DNA of 64,000 bases from Candidatus Uhrbacteria bacterium RIFCSPLOWO2_01_FULL_47_17 (lineage in GTDB: Bacteria; Patescibacteriota; Patescibacteriia; UBA9934; GWF2-40-263). Both the position numbers and the translations under genes were made by a program. The notes under the pieces are model-generated. The model was given only the letters and a program-made list of their open reading frames with translations. It was not told where the DNA came from and did no database searches. This document shows positions 15,976 through 25,463 of the stretch, piece after piece (the stretch's first letter is position 1; each line of letters starts with the position of its first letter). The stretch lies in NCBI GenBank assembly GCA_001791305.1, contig MGEI01000005.1, forward strand, positions 210,698 through 274,697, written 5' to 3'.

Positions 15976-18900
15976 GTGGATGTTTTGTGGATTCTTTTGT
16001 CGAAAATCAAGAAATCAGGTATTCTATCCTCACTTATGTCCAAACACATTTATAACAAGCAAAGCTGGAAAAAAACTGGCAATTCCTCCTCATTTCTCGC
16101 CAAAACATGGAGGGCTTTTCGACGAACTCCTGTTGGAAAAAATCTTTGGTTGATCCTTCTCTTTTTTATCATCCTTGGCACCCTTTTTGTCTTGGCTCTC
16201 ATTGCGGTCGCAAGCCGAGATCTTCCAAGCCCAAGCAGTCTCACGGAACGAAAAATTTCGCAGACGACCAAAATCTATGATCGCACAGGTGAACACCTAT
16301 TGTATGAAATTGCTGGAAACCAGAACCGGACGTTGAAGAACTTTCAGTCTGGTTTTTGTGATCCACAAGATCCAAAACTGAGCTTAGATCCAAAAGGCAT
16401 TCCGCTTTACGCTGTTCACGCAACCATTTCCGCAGAGGATCGAAATTTTTGTGAGCACATTGGATTTGATTTTAAAGGATTTTCACGAGCGGTCGTTTCA
16501 AATCTTTTTGGGAAGCGGGTTGGTGGATCAACACTCACGCAACAGCTTGTTAAAAATGCCATTCTCTCCAACGAGAAAACACTGACGCGTAAAATAAAAG
16601 AGTTGATCCTGTCTCTTGGACTTGAACAAAAGTATTCAAAAGATGAAATCCTTCAAATTTATTTCAACGAAATTCCGTATGGATCGAGTTACTATGGTAT
16701 CGAAGCCGCGTCACAAAATTATTTTGAGAAATCAGTAAATGAGTTAACGGTCGCACAAGCCGCCACGCTTGCCGCTTTACCAAAAGCTCCAACAACCTAC
16801 TTAAATAATCCAGACAAACTGCAAGCACGTCGTGATTACATTTTGAGTGAAATGTTAAAGTTGGGATTTATTGATAAAACATCATTCGAAAATGCAAAAT
16901 CGGAAAAAACGCCTGTAACGGTTCAGGTGACAAACATTACGGCACCACATTTTGTCATGGACGTAAAAGCAGCTCTTGAAGATACGTATGGTCGTCGTAC
17001 GGTTGAAGAAGGTGGAATGAAGGTCATCACAACACTTGATTTTGATTTACAAAAAATTGCGGAGGAAGAGGTAAAAAGCGGAGTAGAAGCAAGATCCGAA
17101 CAATACGGTTTCTCAAACGCCTCCCTTGTTGCAGAAGATCCAAAAACCGGACAGATTTTGGCCATGGTCGGTTCAAAAGATTTTTTTGATAAAAAAATTG
17201 ATGGACAGGTCAACGTCTCAACACGTCACAGACAACCCGGTTCCAGCTTTAAACCAATCGTCTACACAAAAGCGTTTGAAATGGGTTATACCCCGAACAC
17301 TGTTTTATGGGATGTCACAACCAGCTTCCCAACAGATGTTGGAGAAGCTTACACCCCAAATAACTACGATCTAAAAGTACGCGGACCAATCAAACTGCGC
17401 GACGCTCTCCAATTTTCTTTAAATATTCCTGCGGTGAAAACGGTTTATCTTGTCGGTGTTGAAAATGCCCTCGATTTCGCCACACTGCTTGGATATGATT
17501 CGTTTGCAAACCACGCAAACTTTGGATTATCCATCGTCCTTGGTGGTGGTGAAGTTCGCTTAATAGACCATGTTCATGCATACGCTACGTTCGCAAACAA
17601 CGGTAAGGCGAACGAGCAAGTTTCCATTTTACGTGTGGAAGATTCAAATGGAAGTGTTCTTGAAGAGTGGAAACAAAAAGACGCGAAGGAGGTTGTGAAG
17701 GAAAATGCCACACACATGATTTCACATGTGTTGTCAGATAATAATGCGCGTATTCCAGTATTTGGAGCAAAAAGTTCTTTGCAGTTAGGCGACAGACCCG
17801 TTGCCGCAAAATCCGGAACAACAAATGATTATCATGATGCGTGGCTTATGGGATACACTCCTTCTCTTGCCGCAGGTGTTTGGGTTGGAAATAACAACAA
17901 TACTTCCATGAAAAGTAAGGCGGACGGTTCTATTGTTGCTGGCCCAATTTGGAACGCGTTTATGAAACGCGCTCTTGAAGGAAAACCAATCGAACCCTTC
18001 CCAACTCCCGACATTCGTCCAACCGGAAAAATGGTTCTTGATGGTTCCCTCGGCGCTCAGACTCTTTTGATTGACCGAGCGAGCGGAAAACTCGCGACAG
18101 AATTTACCCCAGATTCGTTTAAAGAAACACGTGTCTATGGTGGCTATCACGAAATTCTTCACTTTGTGATTCCATCAGATCCACAAGGTCCAATTCCATC
18201 TGAACCAGAAAAAGATCCTCACTACGCAGCATGGGAAACAGGGGTTCAAACATGGCTCACAAAACGTCAGCAGGAAACAGGTGTTCAACTCCTGACAACA
18301 AATCCACCAACAGAACAGGACGATCTTCACATTCCATCCAATAAGCCAACCGTTCAAATTCAGTTTCCTTCAAATAACTCTGTTTTGGATGGAAGGACTC
18401 TTCCAATTTCTGTTTCTGCTTCTGCTCCTCGTGGTGTTGTGAGAATCGAATATTTTTTGGACGACTTATTTATTGGTGCATCAAGTAGTTCCCCTTTTGA
18501 CACAACACTCACCATCCCATCGACAACCCCGAAAGGGATTCACTCTCTGAAAGCCGTCGCCTATGACAATATCGACAACAGTTCCTCAGACACAGTCAGT
18601 ATTCAAACAACCACGGAAGGTCAGGAAAATATTCTCAGCTTAATCGACCCGAAAAACGGACAAGTGATAGATAAAACAGCTGGAACATATACGGTTGTCG
18701 CTTCCATAAAAAATCCACAAAGTATAAGTACCGTAACCATCTTTGCCGAACAAATTGGCACGCAAGCGAAATCGATTATTGGTCAATTCTCAAACCCAAC
18801 ATCACCGTTTGCAACGGTTGATTGGAAAATTCCAGACTCTGGAAAATGGGTTTTATCAGCAAATGCAAAATTAAAAAATGCGTTTGATCTTGTCACAACA

Positions 18901-19002
18901 GGTGGAACGGTTGTCGAGATTCGAAGTTCAATGACGGGAACGTCCTCAGAGACAACAAGTAACTTTAAACCACAAAATTCGCTTGATCCATTCGCAAGAT
19001 AA
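15976..19002 (+). CDS. Class A penicillin-binding protein (PBP1A; glycosyltransferase + transpeptidase) with a C-terminal Ig-like extension
   Basis: GT51 motifs (EDRNFCEHIGFD, GGSTLTQQLVKN), transpeptidase motifs (SSFKP, SLN, KSGTT), and an N-terminal TM anchor. A ~250-aa extra C-terminal region follows. Confidence 0.85.
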   Translation: MDVLWILLSKIKKSGILSSLMSKHIYNKQSWKKTGNSSSFLAKTWRAFRRTPVGKNLWLILLFFIILGTLFVLALIAVASRDLPSPSSLTERKISQTTKIYDRTGEHLLYEIAGNQNRTLKNFQSGFCDPQDPKLSLDPKGIPLYAVHATISAEDRNFCEHIGFDFKGFSRAVVSNLFGKRVGGSTLTQQLVKNAILSNEKTLTRKIKELILSLGLEQKYSKDEILQIYFNEIPYGSSYYGIEAASQNYFEKSVNELTVAQAATLAALPKAPTTYLNNPDKLQARRDYILSEMLKLGFIDKTSFENAKSEKTPVTVQVTNITAPHFVMDVKAALEDTYGRRTVEEGGMKVITTLDFDLQKIAEEEVKSGVEARSEQYGFSNASLVAEDPKTGQILAMVGSKDFFDKKIDGQVNVSTRHRQPGSSFKPIVYTKAFEMGYTPNTVLWDVTTSFPTDVGEAYTPNNYDLKVRGPIKLRDALQFSLNIPAVKTVYLVGVENALDFATLLGYDSFANHANFGLSIVLGGGEVRLIDHVHAYATFANNGKANEQVSILRVEDSNGSVLEEWKQKDAKEVVKENATHMISHVLSDNNARIPVFGAKSSLQLGDRPVAAKSGTTNDYHDAWLMGYTPSLAAGVWVGNNNNTSMKSKADGSIVAGPIWNAFMKRALEGKPIEPFPTPDIRPTGKMVLDGSLGAQTLLIDRASGKLATEFTPDSFKETRVYGGYHEILHFVIPSDPQGPIPSEPEKDPHYAAWETGVQTWLTKRQQETGVQLLTTNPPTEQDDLHIPSNKPTVQIQFPSNNSVLDGRTLPISVSASAPRGVVRIEYFLDDLFIGASSSSPFDTTLTIPSTTPKGIHSLKAVAYDNIDNSSSDTVSIQTTTEGQENILSLIDPKNGQVIDKTAGTYTVVASIKNPQSISTVTIFAEQIGTQAKSIIGQFSNPTSPFATVDWKIPDSGKWVLSANAKLKNAFDLVTTGGTVVEIRSSMTGTSSETTSNFKPQNSLDPFAR

Positions 19003-19007
19003 ACAAA

Positions 19008-19033
19008 AAAACGCTCACATGAGCGTTTTTTTG
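19008..19033. terminator. Bidirectional Rho-independent terminator between PBP1A (+) and dnaN (-)
   Basis: ACGCTCACATGAGCGT hairpin flanked by an A-run and a T-run. Confidence 0.65.
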
Positions 19034-19034
19034 T

Positions 19035-20171
19035 TTATTGTTTGATAGGCATCACAATGTAGCGATGTTCTTTTGGTTTATCTTTGGTCGTGAGCAAACA
19101 GGGGTTTGAGGCATCGATCAACTGAAACATTACTTGATCCCCGGACATTGACTGGAGACCATCAAGAAGATAACGGAAGTTTACGGTTACCGTGTTTTGA
19201 ACTCCTGTGATATCCGCATCGCACGTCGTTGTATTTTCTCCGCGTGTTGCATCAAGCGCTTGAACACTCACGCGTTTCTCCGTTGGAGAGAATGAAAGCG
19301 TCACATCAAAGAGACCATTCTTTGAGAAAAGGGCAGCCGTCTTTACGGCTTTAATGAAGTCCTCACGATCAACAAGTGCTTGAGTTTGAAATTGTTTTGG
19401 AATGATCTGTTCGTAATCTGGATAATTTTCCTCAATCGTTCGAGATACGAGTTCGACAGGTCCATACATAAACACCACCTGATTCTGTTTCACTTGCATG
19501 GTGATGTACGAAGGCAAATCAACTTCATCTCTAAACACGGATAAAACGCGATTTACTTCGGAAAGTGTTTTTGCTGGAATAACCACAAGGAAATCCTGCA
19601 TCGGCCCGCTTGTAACGGGAATTGTCTTTTCAGACAATCGATACGAATCTGTTGATGCAAGTGTGAGTCTCATTTCCTGTTGGAAGGGGTAAAAATGCAT
19701 CAGGACGCCGGTGAGCTCTGGACGCGACTCGTTTGTGGCAACCGAGAACAGAACCTGCGAGAGGGCTGCTTTAAGGTCATCAATCGGGATCTGAAAACTT
19801 GTATCCCCTTCTACTTTTGGAACAAGAGGAAAATCTGAAGCATTCATTCCATGAATTTTTGTTTTATGTCCTCCGCACTCGACAAGTACCTGATCTCCAT
19901 TCGTCTCGAGATGTATGACTTCATTTGGAAGAAGAGAAACATAGTCGAAAAATAGTTTTGAAGGGATCGTAAATTCACCTTGTTCATCAATTTTTCCACG
20001 GACAGAACAGTTGATGGCAATTTCAAGATTTGTTGCCGTGAACTTTACGATTCCCCCATCAGCTTTGACGAGAACATTTTGGAGAATGGGAAGATTTACG
20101 TTTTTTGTCACTAAGTGACTTGTGATACTGAGTCCTTGATGGAGGTTTTCTTGTGTGCAGGAAATCTTCAT
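19035..20171 (-). CDS. dnaN: DNA polymerase III beta subunit (sliding clamp)
   Basis: 378 aa, 'MKISCTQENLHQGLSITSHLV...LPILQNVLV...ATNLEIAI'. Located downstream of dnaA. Confidence 0.9.
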   Translation of the reverse strand: MKISCTQENLHQGLSITSHLVTKNVNLPILQNVLVKADGGIVKFTATNLEIAINCSVRGKIDEQGEFTIPSKLFFDYVSLLPNEVIHLETNGDQVLVECGGHKTKIHGMNASDFPLVPKVEGDTSFQIPIDDLKAALSQVLFSVATNESRPELTGVLMHFYPFQQEMRLTLASTDSYRLSEKTIPVTSGPMQDFLVVIPAKTLSEVNRVLSVFRDEVDLPSYITMQVKQNQVVFMYGPVELVSRTIEENYPDYEQIIPKQFQTQALVDREDFIKAVKTAALFSKNGLFDVTLSFSPTEKRVSVQALDATRGENTTTCDADITGVQNTVTVNFRYLLDGLQSMSGDQVMFQLIDASNPCLLTTKDKPKEHRYIVMPIKQ

Positions 20172-20229
20172 AAGTTTTAGTTCTGATTTTTTGAATAATA
20201 GAACTAAAGATAATGATAAGGCTGTGGAT

Positions 20230-20335
20230 GATCTGTATAACTACTTCCCTGCGGCTGAACTTAGCAAAATTTTAGGGAGATTGCCTGTGGATGTTGCCTG
20301 TGGAAACGTGTGTGTGGAAATGTGGATATAAATTC
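20230..20335. promoter_or_regulatory. DnaA-box cluster in the dnaA-dnaN intergenic region (oriC part 2)
   Basis: Several TGTGGA(T/A) motifs: GGCTGTGGATGA, CCTGTGGATGT, CCTGTGGAAAC, GTGTGGAAATGTGGATATAAA. Confidence 0.6.
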
Positions 20336-20423
20336 CGTTTGAAGAACCCTGTTTCTACCCGCACGTTTTACACAGGTTTATCAAGTGGGTTATCGAGAGG
20401 ATATTCACAAGGATAACTTGTGA

Positions 20424-21839
20424 CTACGCTGTGTATAAACGTTGTTTGATGAGTTCAAGGTCGTGTTGCAACTTTTCATCTTCTGTTAAACACTCCGAAA
20501 TTTTCTCATACGCATGCATAGCAGTTGTGTGATCACGCCCACCGAGTTCGTTTCCGATAGACGGATAACTCGATTTCATTTCTTCACGCATGAGGTACAT
20601 GATGATTTGGCGTGGAAACGCGAGTTTTTTCTCACGACTTTTGCCAAGTAAGTCTTCAATACGGATATCAAAGTAGATAGATACCGTATGAATAAGTTGT
20701 TTTGGAGTAACATTTTTTTTGAGGGATGAGGGCTGGAAGCTTGTGAGGATTGGCTTGACGGTGTCGAGTGTTGGTCGAACGTTTTTGAATTGATGAAAGG
20801 CAATAACCTTGTTTAGAGCTCCTTCGAGTTCTCGCACGTTTGTTTGAACAACGGATGCGATGTGATTCAAGATGTCATGTTCAATTTGATAAACTTTTTC
20901 ACGACATTTTGATTCAAGAATGGCAACGCGCGTTTCAAAGTCTGGGGATCCAACATCAGCCATCATTCCTTGTTCCAGACGAGAGGAGAGTCGAGCTTCG
21001 AGGGAAGGAATAGCTTTTGGAGGGCGATCTGAAGAGAAAACAAGTTGTTTGTTATTTTGGAAGAGTTGGTTAAACGTATGAAAAAATTCTTCCTGTGTGC
21101 TTTCTTTCCCGCCCAAAAACTGAATATCGTCGATAAGGAGCGTATCAACCATGCGGTAGCGATTTTTAAAATCGTTCATTTTTCCTGTGCGAAGCGCAGA
21201 AACATAGTCGTTTGTGAATCTTTCACACGTGATGTAGAGAATGCGAAGGTTTGGATTTTTTCGAAGTAACTCATTTCCGATTGCCTGCAACAAATGGGTT
21301 TTTCCGAGTCCCACACCACCATAAATATAGAGTGGGTTATAAACGCCTCCTGGTTGGCTCGCGACCGCTTGAGCTGCTGCATGTGCAAGCTCATTTTGTT
21401 TTCCAACGATAAACGTTTCAAAACAGTATTTTCCGTTTAAAGAAAACTCCCCCGTTCTATTTTCTTGAACGTCTGAAGTATGTTGCTCAACAAAAAAGTC
21501 TTTCGGTGTTTGTACAGGCTGTTCTTGTTGGTGAAAAACAGGTTGTGGTTCCGGTTTTCCTGCAACAGGAACCATTTGTGCAGGAGCTTGGCGTGTTTCA
21601 ACACGAAACGTGATGTGCTTGATGTTTCCACCCGTGTGTTCCAAGACAGATTTTACGATTTCACGCGCGTGTTTTTTTTCAAGCCAGTTCTGCGTGAACA
21701 TGTTTGGGACACCAACAATAAGAGAGTGTTCTGAAATTTCAGAAATGAATGTACTTTTGAACCAAGTTGTAAAATTGGCTTTGCTGAGCGATAACTCAAG
21801 TTCCCCAAGAACAGCTTGCCAAAGTTCGATCGTGTTCAT
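20424..21839 (-). CDS. dnaA: Chromosomal replication initiator protein DnaA
   Basis: 471 aa, Walker A 'GGVGLGKTHLLQAIG', and C-terminal DNA-binding domain (HTTAMHAYEKI). Confidence 0.95.
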   Translation of the reverse strand: MNTIELWQAVLGELELSLSKANFTTWFKSTFISEISEHSLIVGVPNMFTQNWLEKKHAREIVKSVLEHTGGNIKHITFRVETRQAPAQMVPVAGKPEPQPVFHQQEQPVQTPKDFFVEQHTSDVQENRTGEFSLNGKYCFETFIVGKQNELAHAAAQAVASQPGGVYNPLYIYGGVGLGKTHLLQAIGNELLRKNPNLRILYITCERFTNDYVSALRTGKMNDFKNRYRMVDTLLIDDIQFLGGKESTQEEFFHTFNQLFQNNKQLVFSSDRPPKAIPSLEARLSSRLEQGMMADVGSPDFETRVAILESKCREKVYQIEHDILNHIASVVQTNVRELEGALNKVIAFHQFKNVRPTLDTVKPILTSFQPSSLKKNVTPKQLIHTVSIYFDIRIEDLLGKSREKKLAFPRQIIMYLMREEMKSSYPSIGNELGGRDHTTAMHAYEKISECLTEDEKLQHDLELIKQRLYTA

Positions 21840-22125
21840 AACGACAATTTATGAGAAAAAACGATTCAAATACACGAGGTTGAATATAGGATGTGGGTAA
21901 GTGTAACCATTTATCCACAAGTGGGCAAGTGTGAGAATTGTTCATAAAGCTCTTGATAAGTTGTGGATAGCATGTTAGTATCTGGGGGCATGAGTAGAAA
22001 GTAGAGAGCAGAAAGTAGAAAGGGTAGAAAACAGAAAAAAACTGTTCCAAATCCATCTTCTTGTCTTTTTTTCTCTTCCCCCCTTTCTACTTTCTACTTT
22101 ACTACTTTCTACTACCCCAACCCCT
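21840..22125. promoter_or_regulatory. oriC part 1: DnaA boxes plus a long inverted repeat upstream of dnaA and rpmH
   Basis: TTATCCACA at 21911-21919 and an inverted TGTGGATAG at ~21963-21970. Arms GTAGAAAGTAGA... (21995-22030) and CTTTCTACTTTCTAC... (22084-22117) are reverse complements of each other. Confidence 0.65.
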
Positions 22126-22278
22126 ATGCCAAAGCGCACCCATCAACCAAAGAAGCTTAAACGCGTCAAAACCCATGGTTTCCTTAAGCGAATGAGCACA
22201 AAAAACGGCCGAGAAGTGATTGCTCGTCGTCGCGCAAAAGGCCGCAAACGCCTTGCTCCAAAAGCTACCAGTAAATAA
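22126..22278 (+). CDS. rpmH: 50S ribosomal protein L34
   Basis: [50 protein letters not shown] (50 aa). Below the ORF-track size cutoff, found by reading the sequence. Confidence 0.9.
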   Translation: MPKRTHQPKKLKRVKTHGFLKRMSTKNGREVIARRRAKGRKRLAPKATSK

Positions 22279-22284
22279 ACCTCT

Positions 22285-22623
22285 GTGTTTCCTTCCGTAA
22301 ATCGATTACGAAATGAAAAAGATATCAAAACACTCTTCGCAAAAGGCAGGAGTGTTTTTGATGTGACGCTCGGAATCCGATTCGCCCCAAATAACCTCCC
22401 AGTTACTCGATTCACGGTCGTTGTTGGAACAAAGATCTCAAAACGCGCGGTCGTTCGAAACAAGATTAAGCGAAGAATCCGAGGAATTGTCGAAAAACGT
22501 CTTCTCGAGATAAAACCCGGGTTTGATGTGCTGTTTCTCGTAAAGAAAGAAACGATTGATCAAACGCACAAACAACTTGTTGAGCAGATTGAGCGTATGT
22601 TTAAACGTGCAAAACTCGTATGA
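22285..22623 (+). CDS. rnpA: Ribonuclease P protein component
   Basis: 112 aa, basic, '[17 protein letters not shown]' RNR-like motif. Sits in the rpmH-rnpA-yidD order. Confidence 0.85.
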   Translation: MFPSVNRLRNEKDIKTLFAKGRSVFDVTLGIRFAPNNLPVTRFTVVVGTKISKRAVVRNKIKRRIRGIVEKRLLEIKPGFDVLFLVKKETIDQTHKQLVEQIERMFKRAKLV

Positions 22624-22880
22624 AGCTCCGATTTTGGATTGTTCCAAGCCTCGCTGTCCTTTTATTGATCCGTGTCTATCAAAAGACCTTGTCTTTTGAT
22701 CACGGATACATGAAATTCTTTTACCCAGACGGATATTGCCGTTTTTACCCAACCTGCTCGGAGTACGGATACAGGGCGATCGAGAAACATGGGCTTATAA
22801 AAGGAGGTTGGCTCACCGTTCGCCGCATTCTCCGATGTAATCCGTTTAATAAGGGAGGGATCGATGAGGTTCCTAAATAA
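22620..22880 (+). CDS. yidD: Membrane protein insertion efficiency factor YidD
   Basis: '[45 protein letters not shown]'. Confidence 0.85.
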   Translation: MKLRFWIVPSLAVLLLIRVYQKTLSFDHGYMKFFYPDGYCRFYPTCSEYGYRAIEKHGLIKGGWLTVRRILRCNPFNKGGIDEVPK

Positions 22881-22955
22881 AACATCGCTCAATTGAGCGA
22901 TGTTTTTAGTTATCCCCATTCGAAATACATATGGGGATAACGTGTTGATACTGGG

Positions 22956-23201
22956 CTACTTCTCGAAAAGCTTTTTAATTTCCACCTGTTTAATACGCGT
23001 CGTTTTTCCTCTCACAATCTCCATACAAGATTTCGCAATGCCGAGATCCTCGGCCAGAACCTCGACAACAGCCTCATTCGCCTTCCCTTTCTCTGCAATC
23101 GCCGTAACTGAAATCTTTGCCGTCTCATCATCGATCCATTCAATCGCGTTTTTTCTCGACCGTGGTTTTACATGAACCGTTATAATCATACATTTCTCCA
23201 C
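22956..23201 (-). CDS. DUF167/YggU-family protein
   Basis: 81 aa, 'ITVHVKPRSRKNAIEWIDDETAKISVTAIAEKGKANEAVVEVLAEDLGIAKSCMEIVRGKTTRIKQV'. Confidence 0.65.
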   Translation of the reverse strand: MEKCMIITVHVKPRSRKNAIEWIDDETAKISVTAIAEKGKANEAVVEVLAEDLGIAKSCMEIVRGKTTRIKQVEIKKLFEK

Positions 23202-24022
23202 TTCTTCAACAACTTCACTTCTCCAGCCTGTTCCTCATCGAGCGGCGTCTCGAGAAGTAAATCGAGATGATGTAGCTTTGGGTGTTGAACGAAGAGTTTG
23301 ATTGCATCCTTTCCAATCAATCCTTTTCCAATGTGTTCATGGCGATCTTTGTGAGAACCAAGCTCCACTTTCGAATCGTTCAAGTGTGACGCGACCAATT
23401 TCTTTAATCCAACGATTTTATCGAACTTTTTTATCATGGCGTCGAGAAGTTCTGGTGTTCGAAAATCATATCCACTTCCGAATGCATGTTGCGTGTCGAA
23501 ACAAACTCCAATTTCTTTCCCGCGTTCTGCCCTATCGAGAAACGCCGCTATCTCCTCGAACGAAGCTCCCATAACAGCCCCTGCACCCGCCGAGATTTCA
23601 ACAAGTAGTTGACATGAGCCTTTATAGTCATCCATGATTTTATTGAGTCCCTCGATCACAAACTTTGTTCCTGCTTCCTCACCTACTTCCTTCGCCGAAC
23701 CCGGATGGAACATCATACCGCTCACGCCGAGGAGACTTCCACGTTCGAGTTCCTCGCGTAGGAGCCGAACCGAGTTTGCTCGAGTTGATGCCTTTTCGGA
23801 CGCAAGGTTGATCACATACGGCCCGTGAATATAGCAGCTTTTGATTTTGTATTCCTTCATAGCATCTCGAAAAAGCTTTTGGTCCTCTTCCGAGATCGCC
23901 TTCACGTTTCCGCCCTGTGGCGGGCGTGAAAAAAACTGGAAGGTTTCACATCCAATCTTGCCCGCATTTTTGGGCCCATTCCAGAGTCCTCCCGCGGCTG
24001 ATACGTGTGCTCCAACACTCAT
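23186..24022 (-). CDS. nfo: Deoxyribonuclease IV (endonuclease IV, AP endonuclease family 2)
   Basis: 'MSVGAHVSAAGGL', 'YIHGPYVINLAS', 'MMFHPGS', 'FDTQHAFGSGYD', 'VASHLNDSK'. Confidence 0.85.
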   Translation of the reverse strand: MSVGAHVSAAGGLWNGPKNAGKIGCETFQFFSRPPQGGNVKAISEEDQKLFRDAMKEYKIKSCYIHGPYVINLASEKASTRANSVRLLREELERGSLLGVSGMMFHPGSAKEVGEEAGTKFVIEGLNKIMDDYKGSCQLLVEISAGAGAVMGASFEEIAAFLDRAERGKEIGVCFDTQHAFGSGYDFRTPELLDAMIKKFDKIVGLKKLVASHLNDSKVELGSHKDRHEHIGKGLIGKDAIKLFVQHPKLHHLDLLLETPLDEEQAGEVKLLKKWRNV

Positions 24023-24067
24023 AAAACAAAAGTAATGGCTTTAATGCCATTACTTTATCACAGAGTC

Positions 24068-25360
24068 TTACATCTTCACCATCACGTTCTTCACAAGTTC
24101 AATCACCTTTCTGTTCAAGACAACTTGTTCGAAGTACTGTCGATATTCCGGAGTGTAAATACGTTTTTTGTCTTCCGCGTCTTCATAACGCGCCGCGACG
24201 TCGTCGAGTTCTTTGTCGAGCTCTTCGTCGCTTACAGTAAGGTTCTCGCGTTTTGCAATTTCACGCATCGCAATCGCGACCTTGATGCGCATAAGGGCTT
24301 GTGGAGTGAAGTCGAGTTTCACTTGCACTAGCGTCTTTTCCAAACTTTGAATGTATTTTTCAAAGTCCATACCCTGTTCTTCTACACGGCCCTTCAATTC
24401 ACGAAGCATCTTTTCGATTTCTTCATTCAAGAGAAGATCAGGAATGTTTTCAAACTGTGTTTTGTTTGCAATCAGCTCAAGAGCTTCTTTTTCTTGGCGC
24501 ATTTGTTCTTCGCGAATTTTCTCATCGAGAAGATTTTTGTGAATGAGTTCTTTCATCATCGCAAAATCTTTAAGTCCGAGTGATTGTGCGAACGAGTCGT
24601 CCATTTGTGGTGGCTCGAGATGAAATAATTCTTTTAAGACAACTTCGAAGTCGATATCTTGTCCTGCCAAAAATGCTTGCGCGTGATCTGCCGGAAACGC
24701 AAGAGTAAAAGTTTTTGCATCACCCTCTTTTAATCCAATCAACTGTTCTTTGAATCCAGGAATATAATATTCTTCTGCGAGATATACGGCGTGATTTGGT
24801 GATTGTCCACCTTCGATCGGAACTCCGTCTTTTTTCATGTCCATCGAAACAACCGCTTTATCTGTTGCACTCACGATCGAACCAGATGCGGCACGAACTT
24901 CTTTTGTTTGCATGCGCGTGAGATCTTTGAGCGCGAGTTCAACATCATGGTCAGCAACTTCTGGAACTTTTCCTTGGACAGACAAACTTTTAAAATCTGC
25001 GAGTTCTTTGACAGCCGGCATGCGTGTTACTTCTGCGGTAAACACCAGTTCATTTCCTGGCGCCATTTTTTCAACATCAATTTTTGGAGAGCCGACGGTG
25101 TCGATTTCGTTATCTAAAAGTGCTTTCACAAAAAGACTTCGCACGATTTTTTCAAGCGCCTCTTCCATGATTTTTGTTTCCCCAACGCGTTGTTTCACAA
25201 TCTCATAACCAGCCTTTCCTGGGCGGAAACCTGGAATGGTTGAGTGTTCAGAAATGTGTTCAGCGGCAGCCTCAAGAAACGGAGTTTGTTCTTCAACAGA
25301 AACGGTAAAGGTGATTTTCACGAGTCCTTTTTCTTGTTCTTCGACAGTAATATTTGGCAT
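24068..25360 (-). CDS. tig: Trigger factor
   Basis: 'MPNITVEEQEKGLVKITFTVSVEE...IPGFRPGKA' N-terminal ribosome-binding domain signature. Start taken at the internal Met. Confidence 0.85.
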   Translation of the reverse strand: MPNITVEEQEKGLVKITFTVSVEEQTPFLEAAAEHISEHSTIPGFRPGKAGYEIVKQRVGETKIMEEALEKIVRSLFVKALLDNEIDTVGSPKIDVEKMAPGNELVFTAEVTRMPAVKELADFKSLSVQGKVPEVADHDVELALKDLTRMQTKEVRAASGSIVSATDKAVVSMDMKKDGVPIEGGQSPNHAVYLAEEYYIPGFKEQLIGLKEGDAKTFTLAFPADHAQAFLAGQDIDFEVVLKELFHLEPPQMDDSFAQSLGLKDFAMMKELIHKNLLDEKIREEQMRQEKEALELIANKTQFENIPDLLLNEEIEKMLRELKGRVEEQGMDFEKYIQSLEKTLVQVKLDFTPQALMRIKVAIAMREIAKRENLTVSDEELDKELDDVAARYEDAEDKKRIYTPEYRQYFEQVVLNRKVIELVKNVMVKM

Positions 25361-25463
25361 AAAGATGGTTTGAATTTCTGCGAAAGTGTAGCGAATAAAC
25401 AAAATTGCGTCAATGTTGTGGAGTGGTGTTCGTTTCAATAAAAAAATCGCCAGGATTTGGCGA

